From Heptranchias perlo (Eukaryota), in NCBI RefSeq assembly GCF_035084215.1, contig NC_090367.1:1922001-1986000 (forward strand): 64,000 bases of DNA, in the 5' to 3' direction. Made by a program: the position numbers and the translations under genes. The notes below the pieces were generated by a model. The model was not told where the DNA came from and did not search any database. It saw nothing but the letters and a program-made list of their open reading frames with translations. Below are positions 38,325 through 50,798 of the stretch, piece after piece. Each line of letters begins with the position of its first letter. The first letter of the stretch is position 1.

Positions 38325-39949
38325 GTGAGTAATATATTTTGATATTTAAAAGAAAAAAATAAACTTGAAGGAAAAGGTACCTCAAAAGTTAGAACTGTAA
38401 ATGGTTAATACTTAAATGTGTTCCATATCTTCCCTTCCTTCCTGAAAATTCTTATTAAAAAAAAATCACATTTTAAGGCTTATCAGTTTTTAGTGATCAT
38501 TAAGTCTGTGCAGAGTTAAGAGCTCTGCCAGGAGAAAAGTAAGAAGGGAAGGAGGTCTACAATTCACCTCAGTGTCCCTGAACCAGGAAAGGAAAAAAGT
38601 CAGCTAAGGTTCCTGCTCTTGGTTATTATCCAGTGATGGAAGTGTGCATATGTGGAAGTTTGGTGAGCATAAGATTGGGCTTGGCTTTGATGCTCTCCAA
38701 ATAGCCTGGTGACATTTATTCTCTCGGTGCACAAATGAAGAGTGGCCATTTCAGTGAGGTACTGGAACCTTTCCCCAGTGCGATTCTGCATCCTCAGGAG
38801 AAAGTTAGCAAGTTTGGGCAGAATGAAACTATAATTTTATCAATTAACTTCATATTTCAGAGTCCACCAAAGTGTTAAAAAACATGTCTTTGGTAATGGA
38901 GGAAATGTGTATAATATGGTTAAATTATTTCAAAACATTAACTTACTCAGTTCTGACAGCTGAGTAGGAAATGAGTTCCAATTTCCCCAAATATATGTTA
39001 TATACACATGAAAGAATGTTGAATAATAAATTTACTTAATAATCTGTACCAAAGATGGTATATATATTCTACACCAATATATATCAGACATTACTTTGCA
39101 AAATACTCTTTAAGGGCTTGAAATGAAAGCTGCAGAATCAGTGATTGACAAAACTCTGGTTTATGTATTCTTTAAAAAAAAAACTGGCCTGTCAATATCC
39201 AAAACATTGTGTACTTACTTTACATTATACATACAGTACCTGGAGCCACTTAGTAAAGATTGTATTATTCAGCATGTGGGAATGCTATGAAAAGACCATT
39301 ATGTTGCCATTGGAAATCAAGTATCAGTCCCTTGCACAAGTTCACTGCCGTGGGCCAGTCATATTACACAGCTTGCGTTGATTCTAAGTAGTTTCAGTTT
39401 TTCATTGACAATCAGGATGTGAAGTCACTCGAAGCAAACAGTGTGAGCCCATTTCCAAGAAGTGGTTTCACATTGCTTTGGCTTCACACCAGCTACAGTA
39501 TAACTGCAATTGGCATGTGGTAAAGTTTAAAAACTTTTCAGGTAGTTTGACTTTTCAAACTTTTTAAAGTTAACTGAAAGACTGCTTTACCTGCTCCTCA
39601 TCACTGTAAGGAGGTATCTGTCTCAAACTGGCAATTGTAATAAAACCATGCCATCACAGTTGTTGCTCCATTGCTAAGTCCAGTTATCTCGGTCTGGGAA
39701 ATCTGTTAATTTTAAGTCCTATTTTATAAGCTCAGCTGCATTATGGAATTATATACAAGTTCGTGTGGAGGATAAATGCCAAAATGGACTGGTTCGGCCA
39801 AACAGCCTGTTTCTGTGTTATAATTTCGATGTAATTCTATGTAATATATAGCAACATTTTCTGGAATTACAATTGTTTATCAGAGCTTTTACTTAATTAA
39901 AAGTGGCTATTCAGAAATTAAATCTACTTTAATGTCTTTTTGCATTCCT

Positions 39950-39955
39950 TTTATT
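39950..39955 (-). terminator. Candidate polyA signal of the RILPL2-like gene
   Basis: AATAAA on the minus strand ~180 nt after the stop. Confidence 0.5.
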
Positions 39956-40134
39956 TCTGCTCTAACTAGAAAAAGAAAGTAAAATCAACTTTTCGGTTTG
40001 TGTAGAAAAGTAAACTTTGAAAACTCTTGTTTCATGACAATATACAGTTGTTCCAAAGTACTGCAATTCTGTTTAATAAAGCAATGAGTTCAAAATACCA
40101 CGAAACCTTTTGAAGATCTGAGTCTCCCTGGTGG

Positions 40135-40698
40135 TTAAGGATTTTTTCTATGTTTAAGAGAAAACAGTTTTTTAATCATAGTTTGTTCACTAGCACCACT
40201 TGCACTTGACTCATTAATTTCTACGGTTTGAGATTCTTTTGTGGAGATTAATCCGCTTTTGTAACACTCAAGTTCTTCTTGTGCAACAAGCAACTGGGCC
40301 TTCAGCTTATTGCGTTCTTGCAATACATCCCTCAGTTCCTGTAGTGTGAAACGTGGGCGATCTGGGTTGTTGACATCAACCACAAGTTTGTCCTGCCGAG
40401 TGCATTGCTGCTTCTTTGAATCGCTTACTGCCTGTTGAAGTCTTTCCGTTTCAGCTCTGAGATTGTCCCGTTCAATTTTCAACGTTTCTACTGTTAGGTT
40501 GTGCTTATTCACCAGCGACTCGAACATTTCTAGAACTCTGATTATCTTATACTGCAGCTCAGAGACACTGTGGCAGCCTTCTGAGCCGCTGAGTTTGATT
40601 AAATCTCGGCCAATGACGTAAGATATATCGTAGACATCTTCAGCCGTGAGCTCGAATGGATCTTTCTCAAATGCTGATGCAGGGTTCAATTCCTCCAT
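40135..40698 (-). CDS. RILPL2: Intronless RILP-like protein 2 homolog (187 aa), nested antisense in MACROD1 intron 2
   Basis: RH1 (FELTAEDVYDISYVIGRDL...LQYKIIRVLEMFE), RH2 (VVDVNNPDRPRFTLQELRDVLQERNKLKAQLLVAQEELECYKSG) and C-terminal EQTMIKKLF match RILPL2; in-frame TGA upstream of the first ATG; symbol marks the family, may be a paralog. Confidence 0.9.
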   Translation of the reverse strand: MEELNPASAFEKDPFELTAEDVYDISYVIGRDLIKLSGSEGCHSVSELQYKIIRVLEMFESLVNKHNLTVETLKIERDNLRAETERLQQAVSDSKKQQCTRQDKLVVDVNNPDRPRFTLQELRDVLQERNKLKAQLLVAQEELECYKSGLISTKESQTVEINESSASGASEQTMIKKLFSLKHRKNP

Positions 40699-40879
40699 TG
40701 ATTTTTCTTGCAGTGCCAATTTGTCTCCTCACCCTCCTGCTAGACTGAAACAGAAAATAAAACCAGATGATCATCAAAGTTTAAGAATTACTGTTTTATA
40801 AATGGCATGCTTAAGAAAAGCTTCACTGCCTATATTCAAATAATACACTTATAAAATGGGCAGCTTTTTATTTGATTAC

Positions 40880-41021
40880 CTGCTTCAACAAAATGACTGT
40901 TCTCCTCACTTCCTTTTTTTGCAACTAAGTTTCACATGACAGGAAGCAGTAGAGTTGTTTGATTGACATTTCTAAAAACCAATCCAAGATTTTGTTTGCC
41001 AAACCCTAGTTGCTTAGCAAC
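40880..41021 (-). promoter_or_regulatory. Candidate non-coding first exon and promoter of the RILPL2-like gene
   Basis: Donor CAG|GTAATC at 40880/40879 and acceptor ttttctgtttcag at 40745 give a 135-nt intron; X-box GTTGCTTAGCAAC 41009-41021; GTCATGTGA 40932-40940. Confidence 0.5.
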
Positions 41022-41139
41022 ACTAGCAGAGAAGTAGGATTTGTGCCTGCTTTTTTCTCTTAAAAAGAACTTTTTTGATTCCATAATGGACTGCATGAAA
41101 AGTACTAAAATTAACATTTTTCACCCTCTTGTTTTTTTA

Positions 41140-44100
41140 TTCGTTCATGGGATGTGGGCGTCGCTGGCAAGGCCAGCATTTATTGCCCATCCCTAATTGC
41201 CCTGGAGAAGGTGGTGGTGAGCCACCTTCTTGAACCTCTGCAGTCCGTGTGGTGAAGGTTCTCCTACAGTGCTGTTAGGTAGGGAGTTCCAGGAGTTTGA
41301 CCCAGCGACGATGAAGGAAAGGCGATATATTTCCGAGTCGGGATGGTGTGTGACTTGGAGGGGAACGTGCAGGTGGTGGTGTTCCCATGTGCCTGCTGCC
41401 CTTGTCCTTTTAGGTGGTAGAGATCGCGGGAATGGGAGGTGCTGTCGAAGAAGCCTTGGCAAGTTGCTGCAGTGCATCCTGTGGATGGTACACACTGCAG
41501 CCACTGTGCGCCGGTGATGGAGGGAGTGAATGTTTAGGGTGGTGGATGGGGTGCCAATGAAGTGGGCTGCTTTGTCCTGGATGGTGTCGTGCTTCTTGAG
41601 TGTTGTTGGAGCTGCACTCATCCAGGCAAATGGAGAGTATTCCATCACACTCCTGACTTGTGCCTTGTAGATGGTGGAAAGGCTTTGGGGAGTCAGGAGG
41701 TGAGTCACTTGCCGCAGAATACCCAGCCTCTGACCTGATCTTGTAGCCACAGTATTTATGTGGCTGGTCCAGTTAAGTTTCTGGTCAATGGTGACCCCCA
41801 GGATGTTGATGGTGGGGGATTCGGCAATGGTAATGCCGTTGAATGTCAAGGGGAGGTGGTTAGATACTCTCTTGTGGGAGATGGTCATTGCCTGGCGCGA
41901 ATGTTACTTGCCATTTATCAATCCAAGCCTGGATGTTGTCCAGGTCTTGCTGCATGCGGCCACGGACTGCTTCATTATCTGAGGGGTTGCGAATGGAACT
42001 GAACACTGTGCTAATATCAGCGAACATTCCCATTTCTGACCTTATGATGGAGGGAAGGTCATTGATGAAGCAACTGAAGATGGTTGGGCCTAAGACACTG
42101 CCCTGAGGAACTTCTGCAGCAATGTCCTGGGGCTGAGATGATTGGCCTCCAACAACCACTACCATCTTCCTTTGTGCTAGGTATGACTCCAGCCACTGGA
42201 GAGTTTTCCCCGATTCCCATTGACTTCAATTTTACTAGGGCTCCTTGGTGCCTCACTCGGTCAAATGCTGCCTTGATGTCAAGGGCAGTCACTCTCACCT
42301 CACCTCTGGAAGTCAGCTCTTTTGTCCATGTTTGGACCAAGGCTGTAATGAGGCCTGGAGCCGAGTGGTCCTGGCGGAACCCAAACTGAGCATCGGTGAG
42401 CAGGTTATTGGTGAGTAAGTACCGCTTGATAGCACTGTCGACGACATCTTCCATCATTTTGCTGATGATTGAGAGTAGGCTAATGGGGCAGTAATTGGCC
42501 GGATTGGATTTGTCCTGCTTTTTGTGGACAGGACATACCTGGGCAATTTTCCACATTGTCGGGTAGATGCCAGTGTTGTAGCTGTACTGGAACAGCTTGG
42601 CTAGAGTCGTGGCTAGTTCTGGAGCACAAGTCATCAGCACTACAGCCGGGATGTTGTTGGGGCCCATAGCCTTTGTTGTATCCAGTGCACTCAGCTGTTT
42701 CTTGACATCACGTGGAGTGAATCGAATTGGCTGAAGACTGGCTACTGTGATGTTGGGGATATCGGGAGGTGGCCGAGATGGATCATCTACTCGGCACTTC
42801 TGGCTGAAGATAGTTGGAAACGCTTCAGCCTTGTCTTTTGCACTCACATGCTGGACTCTGCCATCATTGAGGATGGGGATGTTTACAGAGTCTCCTCCTC
42901 CCGTTAGTTATTTAACTGTCCACCACCATTTACGACTGGATGTGGCAGGACTGCAGAGCTTTGATTTGATCCGTTGGTTGTGGAATCGCTTAGCTCTGTC
43001 TATAGTATATTGCGTCCGCTGTTTAGCATGCATGTAGTCCTGTGTTGTAGCTTCACCAGGTACGTTTTTAGGTACGCCTGGTGCTGCTCCTGGCTTGCTC
43101 TTCTACACTCCTCATTGAACCAGGGTTGATCTCCTGGCTTGTTGGTAATGGTAGAGTGAGGAATATGCCGGGCCATGAGATTACAGATTGTGCTGGAATT
43201 CAAATCTGCTGCTGCTGATGCCCCACAGCGCCTCATGGATGCCCAGTTTTGAGCTGCTAGATCCGTTCTGAATCTATCCCATTTAGCACGGTGGTAGTGC
43301 CACACAACACGTTGGATAGTCGTCTCAGTGCGAAGATGGGACTTCGCCTCCACGAGGACTGTGCGGTGGTCACTCCTACCAATACGGTTATTGACCGATG
43401 CATCTGCGACAGGTAAATTGGTGAGGACGAGGTCAAGTAGGTTTTTCCTTTGTGTTGGCTTGCTCACCACCTGCCACAGGCCTTGTCCGGCAGCTGTGTC
43501 CTTCAGGACAGGGCCAGCTCGGTCAGTCGTGGTGCTACCGAGCCACTCTTGGTGATGGACATTGAAGTCCTCCACCCAGAGTACATTCTGTGCTCTTGCT
43601 ACCCTCAGTGCTTCCTCCAAGTAGTGCTCAAGATGGAGGAGGACTGATTGATCAGCTGAGGGAGGGCGGTAGGTGGTAATAGGAGGAGGTTTCCTTGCCC
43701 ATGTTTGACCCGATGCCATGAGATTTCATGGGGTCCGGAGTCAATGTTGAGAACTCCCAGGGCCACTCCCTCCTGACTGTATATCACTGTACTGCCACCT
43801 CTGGTGGGTCTGTCCTGGTGGGACAGGACATACCCAGGGATGGTGATGGAGGAGTCTGGGACGTTGGCTGAAAGGTATGATTCTGAGAGTATGGCTATGT
43901 CAGGCTGTTGCTTGACCAGTCTGTGGGACAGCTCTCCCAACTTTGGCACCCAGATGTTAGTGAGGAGGACTTTGCAGTGTCGACTGGGCTTGGTTTGCCT
44001 TTGTTGTGTCCGGTGCCTAGTGGTCTGTCCGGTTTTATTCTTATGACTTTTCAACTGAGTGGCTTGCTAGGCCATTTCATAGGGCGATTAAGAATCAACC

Positions 44101-44180
44101 ACATTGCTGTGGGTCTGGAGTCACGTATCGGCCAGACCGGGTAAGGACGGCAGGTTTCCTTCCCTAAAGGACGTTAGTTT
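41140..44180 (-). mobile_element. Near full-length CR1/L2-group LINE (EN+RT, frameshifted; no ORF1 visible)
   Basis: PDIAILSESYL, DFNVHH, SDHRTV, LDIKAAFDRV, VPQGSVLGP, WNSLP; tail GGGCAATAAATGCTGGCCTTGCCAGCGACGCCCACATCCC. Confidence 0.95.
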
Positions 44181-45689
44181 CATGGTTTTTCAACTTTAAT
44201 TTTCTTTTCACGAATTTGTCTCCCCTCCACTCTGATGGCACTGACTTATGTAGGAGTACAATTTCAAGAGTGCCAACCGCATGCCAGCATTTCACCAAGT
44301 GGCCTTGACAGTGAGTTCCTGATGGGCTATTTCACAATGGGGCATCGCAGCCAAGACGATCCTCTCTTCACTTAATGTACGTCGATGTACACTTTCTGGC
44401 AGATACCTGGATAGAGATGGGAAGCGGGAGCTCTGGCTGATACACTCACCTTCCAGTGTACTGACATCCTGGCTGAGAGAAACTAACTCAGCACAGATCA
44501 GCAATTGAATTTGGGACCTTCCTGTTCTGTATAACTGTATTACATTAGGTGCTGCATTTACCCCCTAAGTTATTGAGGGGGAAGAGATTGGCTTTTCAAC
44601 TTTATTTTCTAACCACCATGCTTTTTCTCTCATTTCTTTTTAAAGACATTCTTTCTCATATTAAAGGAATTGTAAGCCCCTCTAATTCTCAAAAAAACTG
44701 TAACAACTTTTCAAGTTCCCTCATTTCTCACAAGGCTGCTGTTTAGGGGGGTAATTGAGGCAGTCACAACCAGCCTGGCCATTGACATCACAAAACTGCA
44801 CCATCCTGCATTCTCTCTGTCCATTGTCATGATTTCATTTAAATACACATTCTCTTATCTCAGCTTTATTTTTTCCCAGCTGGGAGCCATTCCATCACCC
44901 AAGGGTTCTGATCTTCTGACTTACAGCACACACACCCTGCACATCACAATTTCTGTGTAGTTGCATGCAGGCTACCATCTCATTACTTCAGCAATGGACA
45001 TTTCGTCCCAGCTGATACCAAACATCTTCTTAGCACTGTGCCTTCCGAATGCATCCATCTGCTATTAATTTAATGCAGTTAACAATTAAGTATCATTTGA
45101 AATGTGTATTTTTAAAATTGGGGAATTAATTTCTAAATCTAGTCAGTCCCCACTTTTCCATCCTGTGTCAGATTCAGCTGGATCGACGAGCACTGCAGTG
45201 AGCAGGCATGGGAACGCTGAATATCTGACTGGAGTCCATTTTGATTGACATGTTCACAATTTTTATCACTGGCAGTTTACTTGAAATTTAAAAAAATGGG
45301 TCAGGGACAAATGCTTCTGAACTGATACAATGTAGGTATGAGCCCTTAATTTCCTATAGCCGGTTTCCTGATCTTGACAATGCCATTGGAGGAGGTGCAG
45401 AATAGGGTTTGAATGCCTCCTCTTTCAAAATAAGGCAAAAATGTCAATTGCCATGTCACCCAGTGCACCTCCAGGTCGGCACCTGCTCACATTCTCGATT
45501 GAATAGCTGAAGGCCGGTGATGTGAGGCAGGAGAGTTTAATTCTTTTGCTATATTAGTGTTCCCAAGTCATCAATTCTGTCTTTTTTTAAATTGAGCAAA
45601 CTGAGTGAAGGGCCAAAGCCCAAAGTGTAGGACACAATCAAATTTGAAAGGGATAGAAGAGAAGACCATGCAAATCAGTAAAATAAAAA

Positions 45690-45820
45690 GGAAAAACTGC
45701 AAATGCTGGAAATCTGAAGTAAAATGAGAAAATGCTTGAAATGCACAGCAGGTCAGTCAGCACCTGTAAAGAGAAAAGACAGTGTATGGCATTTTGGGTA
45801 TGTATCTTTCATCAGATTGT
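45690..45820 (+). mobile_element. Penelope-like terminal repeat remnant
   Basis: AAATGCTGGAAATCTGAA...CAGCAGGTCAGTCAGCACCTGT; related pieces at ~56965-57105 and ~60295-60345. Confidence 0.45.
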
Positions 45821-48249
45821 AAAACGAAGTAAAAAAGGAAGTAAAGAATTGCACAATATTGAGGTTCTAGGAAAGAAATAGAATAACAGACTGATGAGTT
45901 TTGATTTCGACACAGTAAGGATGCAGAGAGGAGAAGGAGCGTATTTATTCCACAAGTTTGTGTTGAAATAATAAAATAGGTAAACAATATTAAATATTTT
46001 TCATTTCCCCCACAAAGGTATTTATCCGTCCTTTGGTCTCTCTATCTTGCACCATTCCCAGCCAAGGGGATGGTTTGACAAATTGTTCCTAGACACCTAC
46101 CAATGTTGCTGTAAAAACAGCTTTAAGGAGATGTCTAAGTCTGTATATCCCTGTGATAGTTCACTCCCTTCCTGTAGGGAAGTCTTTTGCTCATATGTGC
46201 CCATAACAGCATGGTCGAGAACAGAAACTCTATGGAGGATTGTGGTGGAAACATACTAGTGCAATGCATTTTAGATCCATAGTGTCGGGCCACCTTTCTT
46301 CCCCACTCACTGTGTTTCAGTGAGTGTGTTGTATGAAGAAGCATTGTTCAATTTCTTTAGTTGTGGTAATAAGGGAATTGCAAGGTGGGTAAAACTGAAT
46401 CGAAGCAATGTTTCCATTCTGTCCCATTCCCTGAAAGTAGAGCAATTCAGATGAGTTTTGCTGAACCCTGATGAGTTTTTCAGTGTGCTTTTATCATCTC
46501 TTCTACCCCACCCCAAGGCGTTGCTCATAATTGTTGATCAATTAGCTTAAGTAGGTAGCTGGACAAAAGATGCTGTGTGCATTTACTTTGCTTTGAGGGT
46601 TTATGTCACCGTATTTTATAATGCGTGTTCATAAGAAAAGTTCATGTTAAAAGATGGCCATTTGGCAAATCAAAGCTCATCCCTCTGGTACTATACCTGG
46701 CAAATTATTCTAAACATTTCTTGCTCTGATTAAAGACAATCTTCCGATTATCTGTTCTGAACTTAGTCTTAACTCATTTCCTTTTATGTCCTCTGGTCCT
46801 ACTTACTTTGTGTACTTTAATACATGGGTTTACCTTATGCATTGATAACATTTAATATTTTAATACTTAAAGACAGCCCTTCAACTACATTGCAATGGGT
46901 TTAATGCACTGAACACTTGTGCCTCTTGTGTCTGATTTTAAAGAGGTCAGTACCTTTTATTAAGCAGTTCCTAATATCACCATAGCTGTTGCTAAAGTAA
47001 CACATAGGAGCAAAAGAAAATGGGACCCGCACCGTCCTAAAGTAACCATCCTTAAACACTGTATTTATCATGGGTTAAAACTGCTATTCTACTCTTGTGA
47101 TCTTTCTCCACAATTAGTTCAGTGATGGAGACAAAATATGCAGTGGAATGGGATGAATTGGATTGGGCCTACCCCAAGCCTGCTTTGTTTCCCATCTGGT
47201 TAGTGATGAACCTAAAAAGAGGCCATGGAGTCTCCCTGCAGAGGATAGAGGAGGAATTGGATGAAATTGTTCACAAGCCTCTTTATGGGTGGTCAAATGA
47301 TGGAGGCATTGAGCATCTTTGCAGGATTTTTTTTTGCTGAGTATCCGAAATCCCCGTGAGTGAGATTCTGAAAGCAATTGAGCGCTGATCAGTCCCAATG
47401 ACTGAGAATCATCATTTTTTTTGTTTTTTGTTTAAGCCCCTTGAGAGGTGGGGTGGGGGGGGTATAGGTGTGAATGTGGCCCATTTTTCTGATGACACTG
47501 GGCCATCCATGTCATCCCGACAGATCAATTAAAAGAAACAAATTAAATCATAATTTTATTTTCCTCATCGACGATGCACTCCTGTCCCTGCGGTGCCCAC
47601 CGGTCGTGGAAAGCCTCAAGCGCACCAGCATCTTTGCAACATCAATAGGGGAGACCTCTGGTTTGCAGGAGCGAGGACAATTGGAATACCTCAAGAATGC
47701 CAAGGTGTGATGCTTGCTGACTGCAATACATTTAGAGACTGACTGCAGAGAACCGTGAGTGAAGAATTCAGAGACCGTATTTCAGTGCAACAGTCTGTGT
47801 TCAAACAGATCAGAAGTCAACATGAGCAGTTGCCTTACACAGTGTTCCTAGATGAGGTCAAAGTTGCTTTGTCACTTGCACTGAATAAGATGACTGGAGT
47901 AGTAGGGGCTACTGGTGCAGATGGTGTAGTTGTCTGTTTCTAGCACATTTGTTTTCATTTTAGACTCCCAGCATTCATACTTAAAAGATCCAGTTGCATC
48001 AACACAGAATGTCTAATTCAGTTGAAGTGTGCCTTTTCACTTATCCTTTGTAGAAACTCTTTTTCAGAACTTTTTTTTCACCATGTCATTGTAAGCATAG
48101 AATTCTTTTGTTCAAGTTTATATTTATGGAACATGCCTCATTTATTTTTGAATGGAGAATATTTAAAAGGAAAAAATAGTTATGTTATCAGCTGAACATC
48201 AGCTAAGTCTTTATTTGCAACTGTGTATTAAATTGACTTTTGCAATAGA

Positions 48250-48580
48250 TTTTTAAAAAATTGTTCTAGGGACATGGGCAACCCTAGCAAGGCAGTATTT
48301 ATTGCCCATCCCTAGGTGCCCTGAAGATATTGAGTCAACCACATAGTGTGGAACTGGAGTCATATGTAGGCCAGACAAGGTAGAGATGGTAGTTTCCCTT
48401 CCTTGAGGGACATTAGTGAAGCATTGTTTTTTTTTACGACAATCCAACAGCTTTTATGATCATTTTTTCCTGGTGCCAGCCCACAAGCCAGATTTGTTGA
48501 ATTAAGTTTCACAACTTGCTATGATGGTAGTTGGAGTCACAATCACTTGGTTGCCACTAAACTAATAAAATAATATAATA
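48250..48580 (-). mobile_element. tRNA SINE (same family as 37300-37640)
   Basis: ATTTATTGCCCATCCCTA tail plus GTTTCCCTTCCTTGAGGGACATTAGTGAA body. Confidence 0.65.
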
Positions 48581-49679
48581 GGGGCTTCGCCCCTTTCACT
48601 CTATGCTGTCCTAGTACTGCAGTACCTCTAGAAATGGTGCTGCCTCCCTCTCTGGGATGGGAATATTCATTCAAACAGAGAATAGAAGTTAATACAGTAT
48701 TTATCATGTTTTATAGTTGTATTTAACGAGGTAATAAGAGATCACATATGAGGAAATATAACATTTTATTGGATTGCTTTTGTTGAACCATGATGTTCAC
48801 CACTATAAGTATCATTCATGTGTGAAGTGACTTTTAAAAAGTCATCTCAACACTTCAATCTGATCAGCAGTGTAGTGTCCTCACCAGTGCCGCCAAGGAG
48901 CAGAGATGTGCCTAGAATGTGTGCTGTCAATATGATAGTGTATTTTTGATTTTGATTCCACTGGTTCAAATCTTCAACCTTTTCAATTATTTATTTACCT
49001 CCCCCACTCTGTTTATTCTGGCAATTATATAAGGTATAATTACTGCATTGAAACCATGCCCCTGCATCGAGAGTACCTTCACTGAACTGCCCCCTGCTAA
49101 CACCTTTGCTCGAGCATGAGAGAGAAAGTAAACTCAATGTAGAAGGTAAATACTGTTATAAATTAGCATGGATCGGAGTACAATTCAATTAACTACACAT
49201 AAAAGAATCTGTATATAATTTTTTTAACTGTTTATGATTAAACCCAGAATGGGCACCAGCTTTAACATTTGTACTTTTATTTCACTAGACAATAAAGAAA
49301 GGATTTCACATAAAGGCTCGTAAAGAGATTTAGAATTTTATTAAATGACACTTAATGAAATGCAAAAAGGACACCATCTTGACCACTTATAGACTCATTT
49401 GTATCACTTGGTAATAATTGAGAGGCTTCCACAGTTTAGGAAGTGTGTTGCATAAATGTGTGCAAAGACATTATTAATTTGATCAAATTGCTTACAGAAA
49501 GCTTAATAGAAACCATTAAAGAGCCATTCAGATGTGAATTTTTATTTTACTGTCTCATATTCAAGAGGTTTTCACAGTTTAGGAGGTTTTAAAAAAAATT
49601 AAATGCACCTTCAGGAATTAAAACTCTTGTTCTTACTCAGAATTAGCGGTCTGCTACTGGAAACCCTCGCTTTCACAAT

Positions 49680-50130
49680 AGGGCTTCAGTTATGTGGCGA
49701 GATTGGAGAAGCTGGTGTTGTTCTCCTTAGAATAGAGAAGGTTAAGGGGAGATTTAACAGAATTGTTCAAAATCATGAAGGGTTTTGATAGAGTAAATAA
49801 GGAGAAACTGTTTCCAGTGGCAGAGGGTCCCTAACCAGGGGATACAGATTTAAGATGATTGGCAAAAGAACCAGAGGCGACATGAGGAAACATTTTTTTA
49901 CACAGCGAGTTGTTATGATCTGGAATGCACTGCCTGAAAGGTCGGTGGAAGCAGATTCAATAATAATTTTAAAAAGGGAACTGGATAAATATTTGAAGGG
50001 AAAAAAATTACAGGGCTACGGGAAAGAGCAGGGGAATGGGACTAATTGGATAGCTCTTTCAAGGAGCCGACACAGGCACGATGGGCCGAATGGCCTCCTC
50101 CTGTGCTGTATCTACTATGGTGATACTATG
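49680..50130 (+). mobile_element. CR1 3' fragment
   Basis: FFTQRVVMIWNALPE...KRELDKYL. Confidence 0.88.
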
Positions 50131-50134
50131 AATG

Positions 50135-50292
50135 CCTGTTTCAGGCGTGTGCCCTAGTTGTCTACGGAATAGTCAACACCAATATGGTGGGTGGCGCACT
50201 TCCAATGCAGATTGAGTGCATGCATGCCGCCCACCATATTGGACTCTTAGGCGCCTGTGAAACGGACGCAGCGTGATCCAATTTTCAGCCCA
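50135..50292. mobile_element. MITE-like remnant with internal hairpin
   Basis: CCAATATGGTGGGTGGC ... GCCGCCCACCATATTGG. Confidence 0.5.
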
Positions 50293-50681
50293 TTATCTGG
50301 TCATTTATCTTATTGCTGTTTGTGGGACCTTGCTGTGTGCAAATTGGCTGCTGCATTTGTCTATAATTTTGAAAATACTTCATTGGCTTTGAAATGCTTT
50401 GGGATATACTGAGGATGTGAAAGGCAGCATATAAAAGCAAATTTTTCTTCAGTAAGACAATTAAATTTTCATACAGTTACTGCCTAGTTATGTTGTTAGA
50501 AGGTATAGGATGCTAATGTTCTGTTAAATTATTCTGGGGGAGAGTGGGGCTAGGGCTCACTGTCTTGGTGTTTATACCCAGAAAGAGTGTTTTGCTCAAA
50601 AAATAGTTCAAAACCTCTGGTTTAGCTTTGTCATGGTTCTGTTTTGTAATTACCTAATTTTGCCTACATTTTGTTTTGCAG

Positions 50682-50798
50682 AAAATAAGTTTAAACAGCT
50701 GATATCCCACTATGCGAAGGACGATGTTATGAATGAAAAGCTTTCACTCTTGCAGGAGGACATCACCAAGCTGGAAATTGATGTAATCGTCAATGCAG
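50682..50798 (+). CDS. MACROD1: MACROD1 exon 3 (start of macro domain)
   Basis: ENKFKQLISHYAKDDVMNEKLSLLQEDITKLEIDVIVNA; macrodomain DITxLxxDxIVNA motif; tttgcag/GTTGGT; 117 nt. Confidence 0.93.

Noticed and set aside
40699-40719. ORF-track start MALQEKS for the RILPL2-like gene
   Set aside because: Begins at TTG; the first ATG (40698, MEE) matches the RILPL2 N-terminus
45785-45915. Two further CTGATGA hammerhead-like cores
   Set aside because: Stem II and GAAA are degenerate
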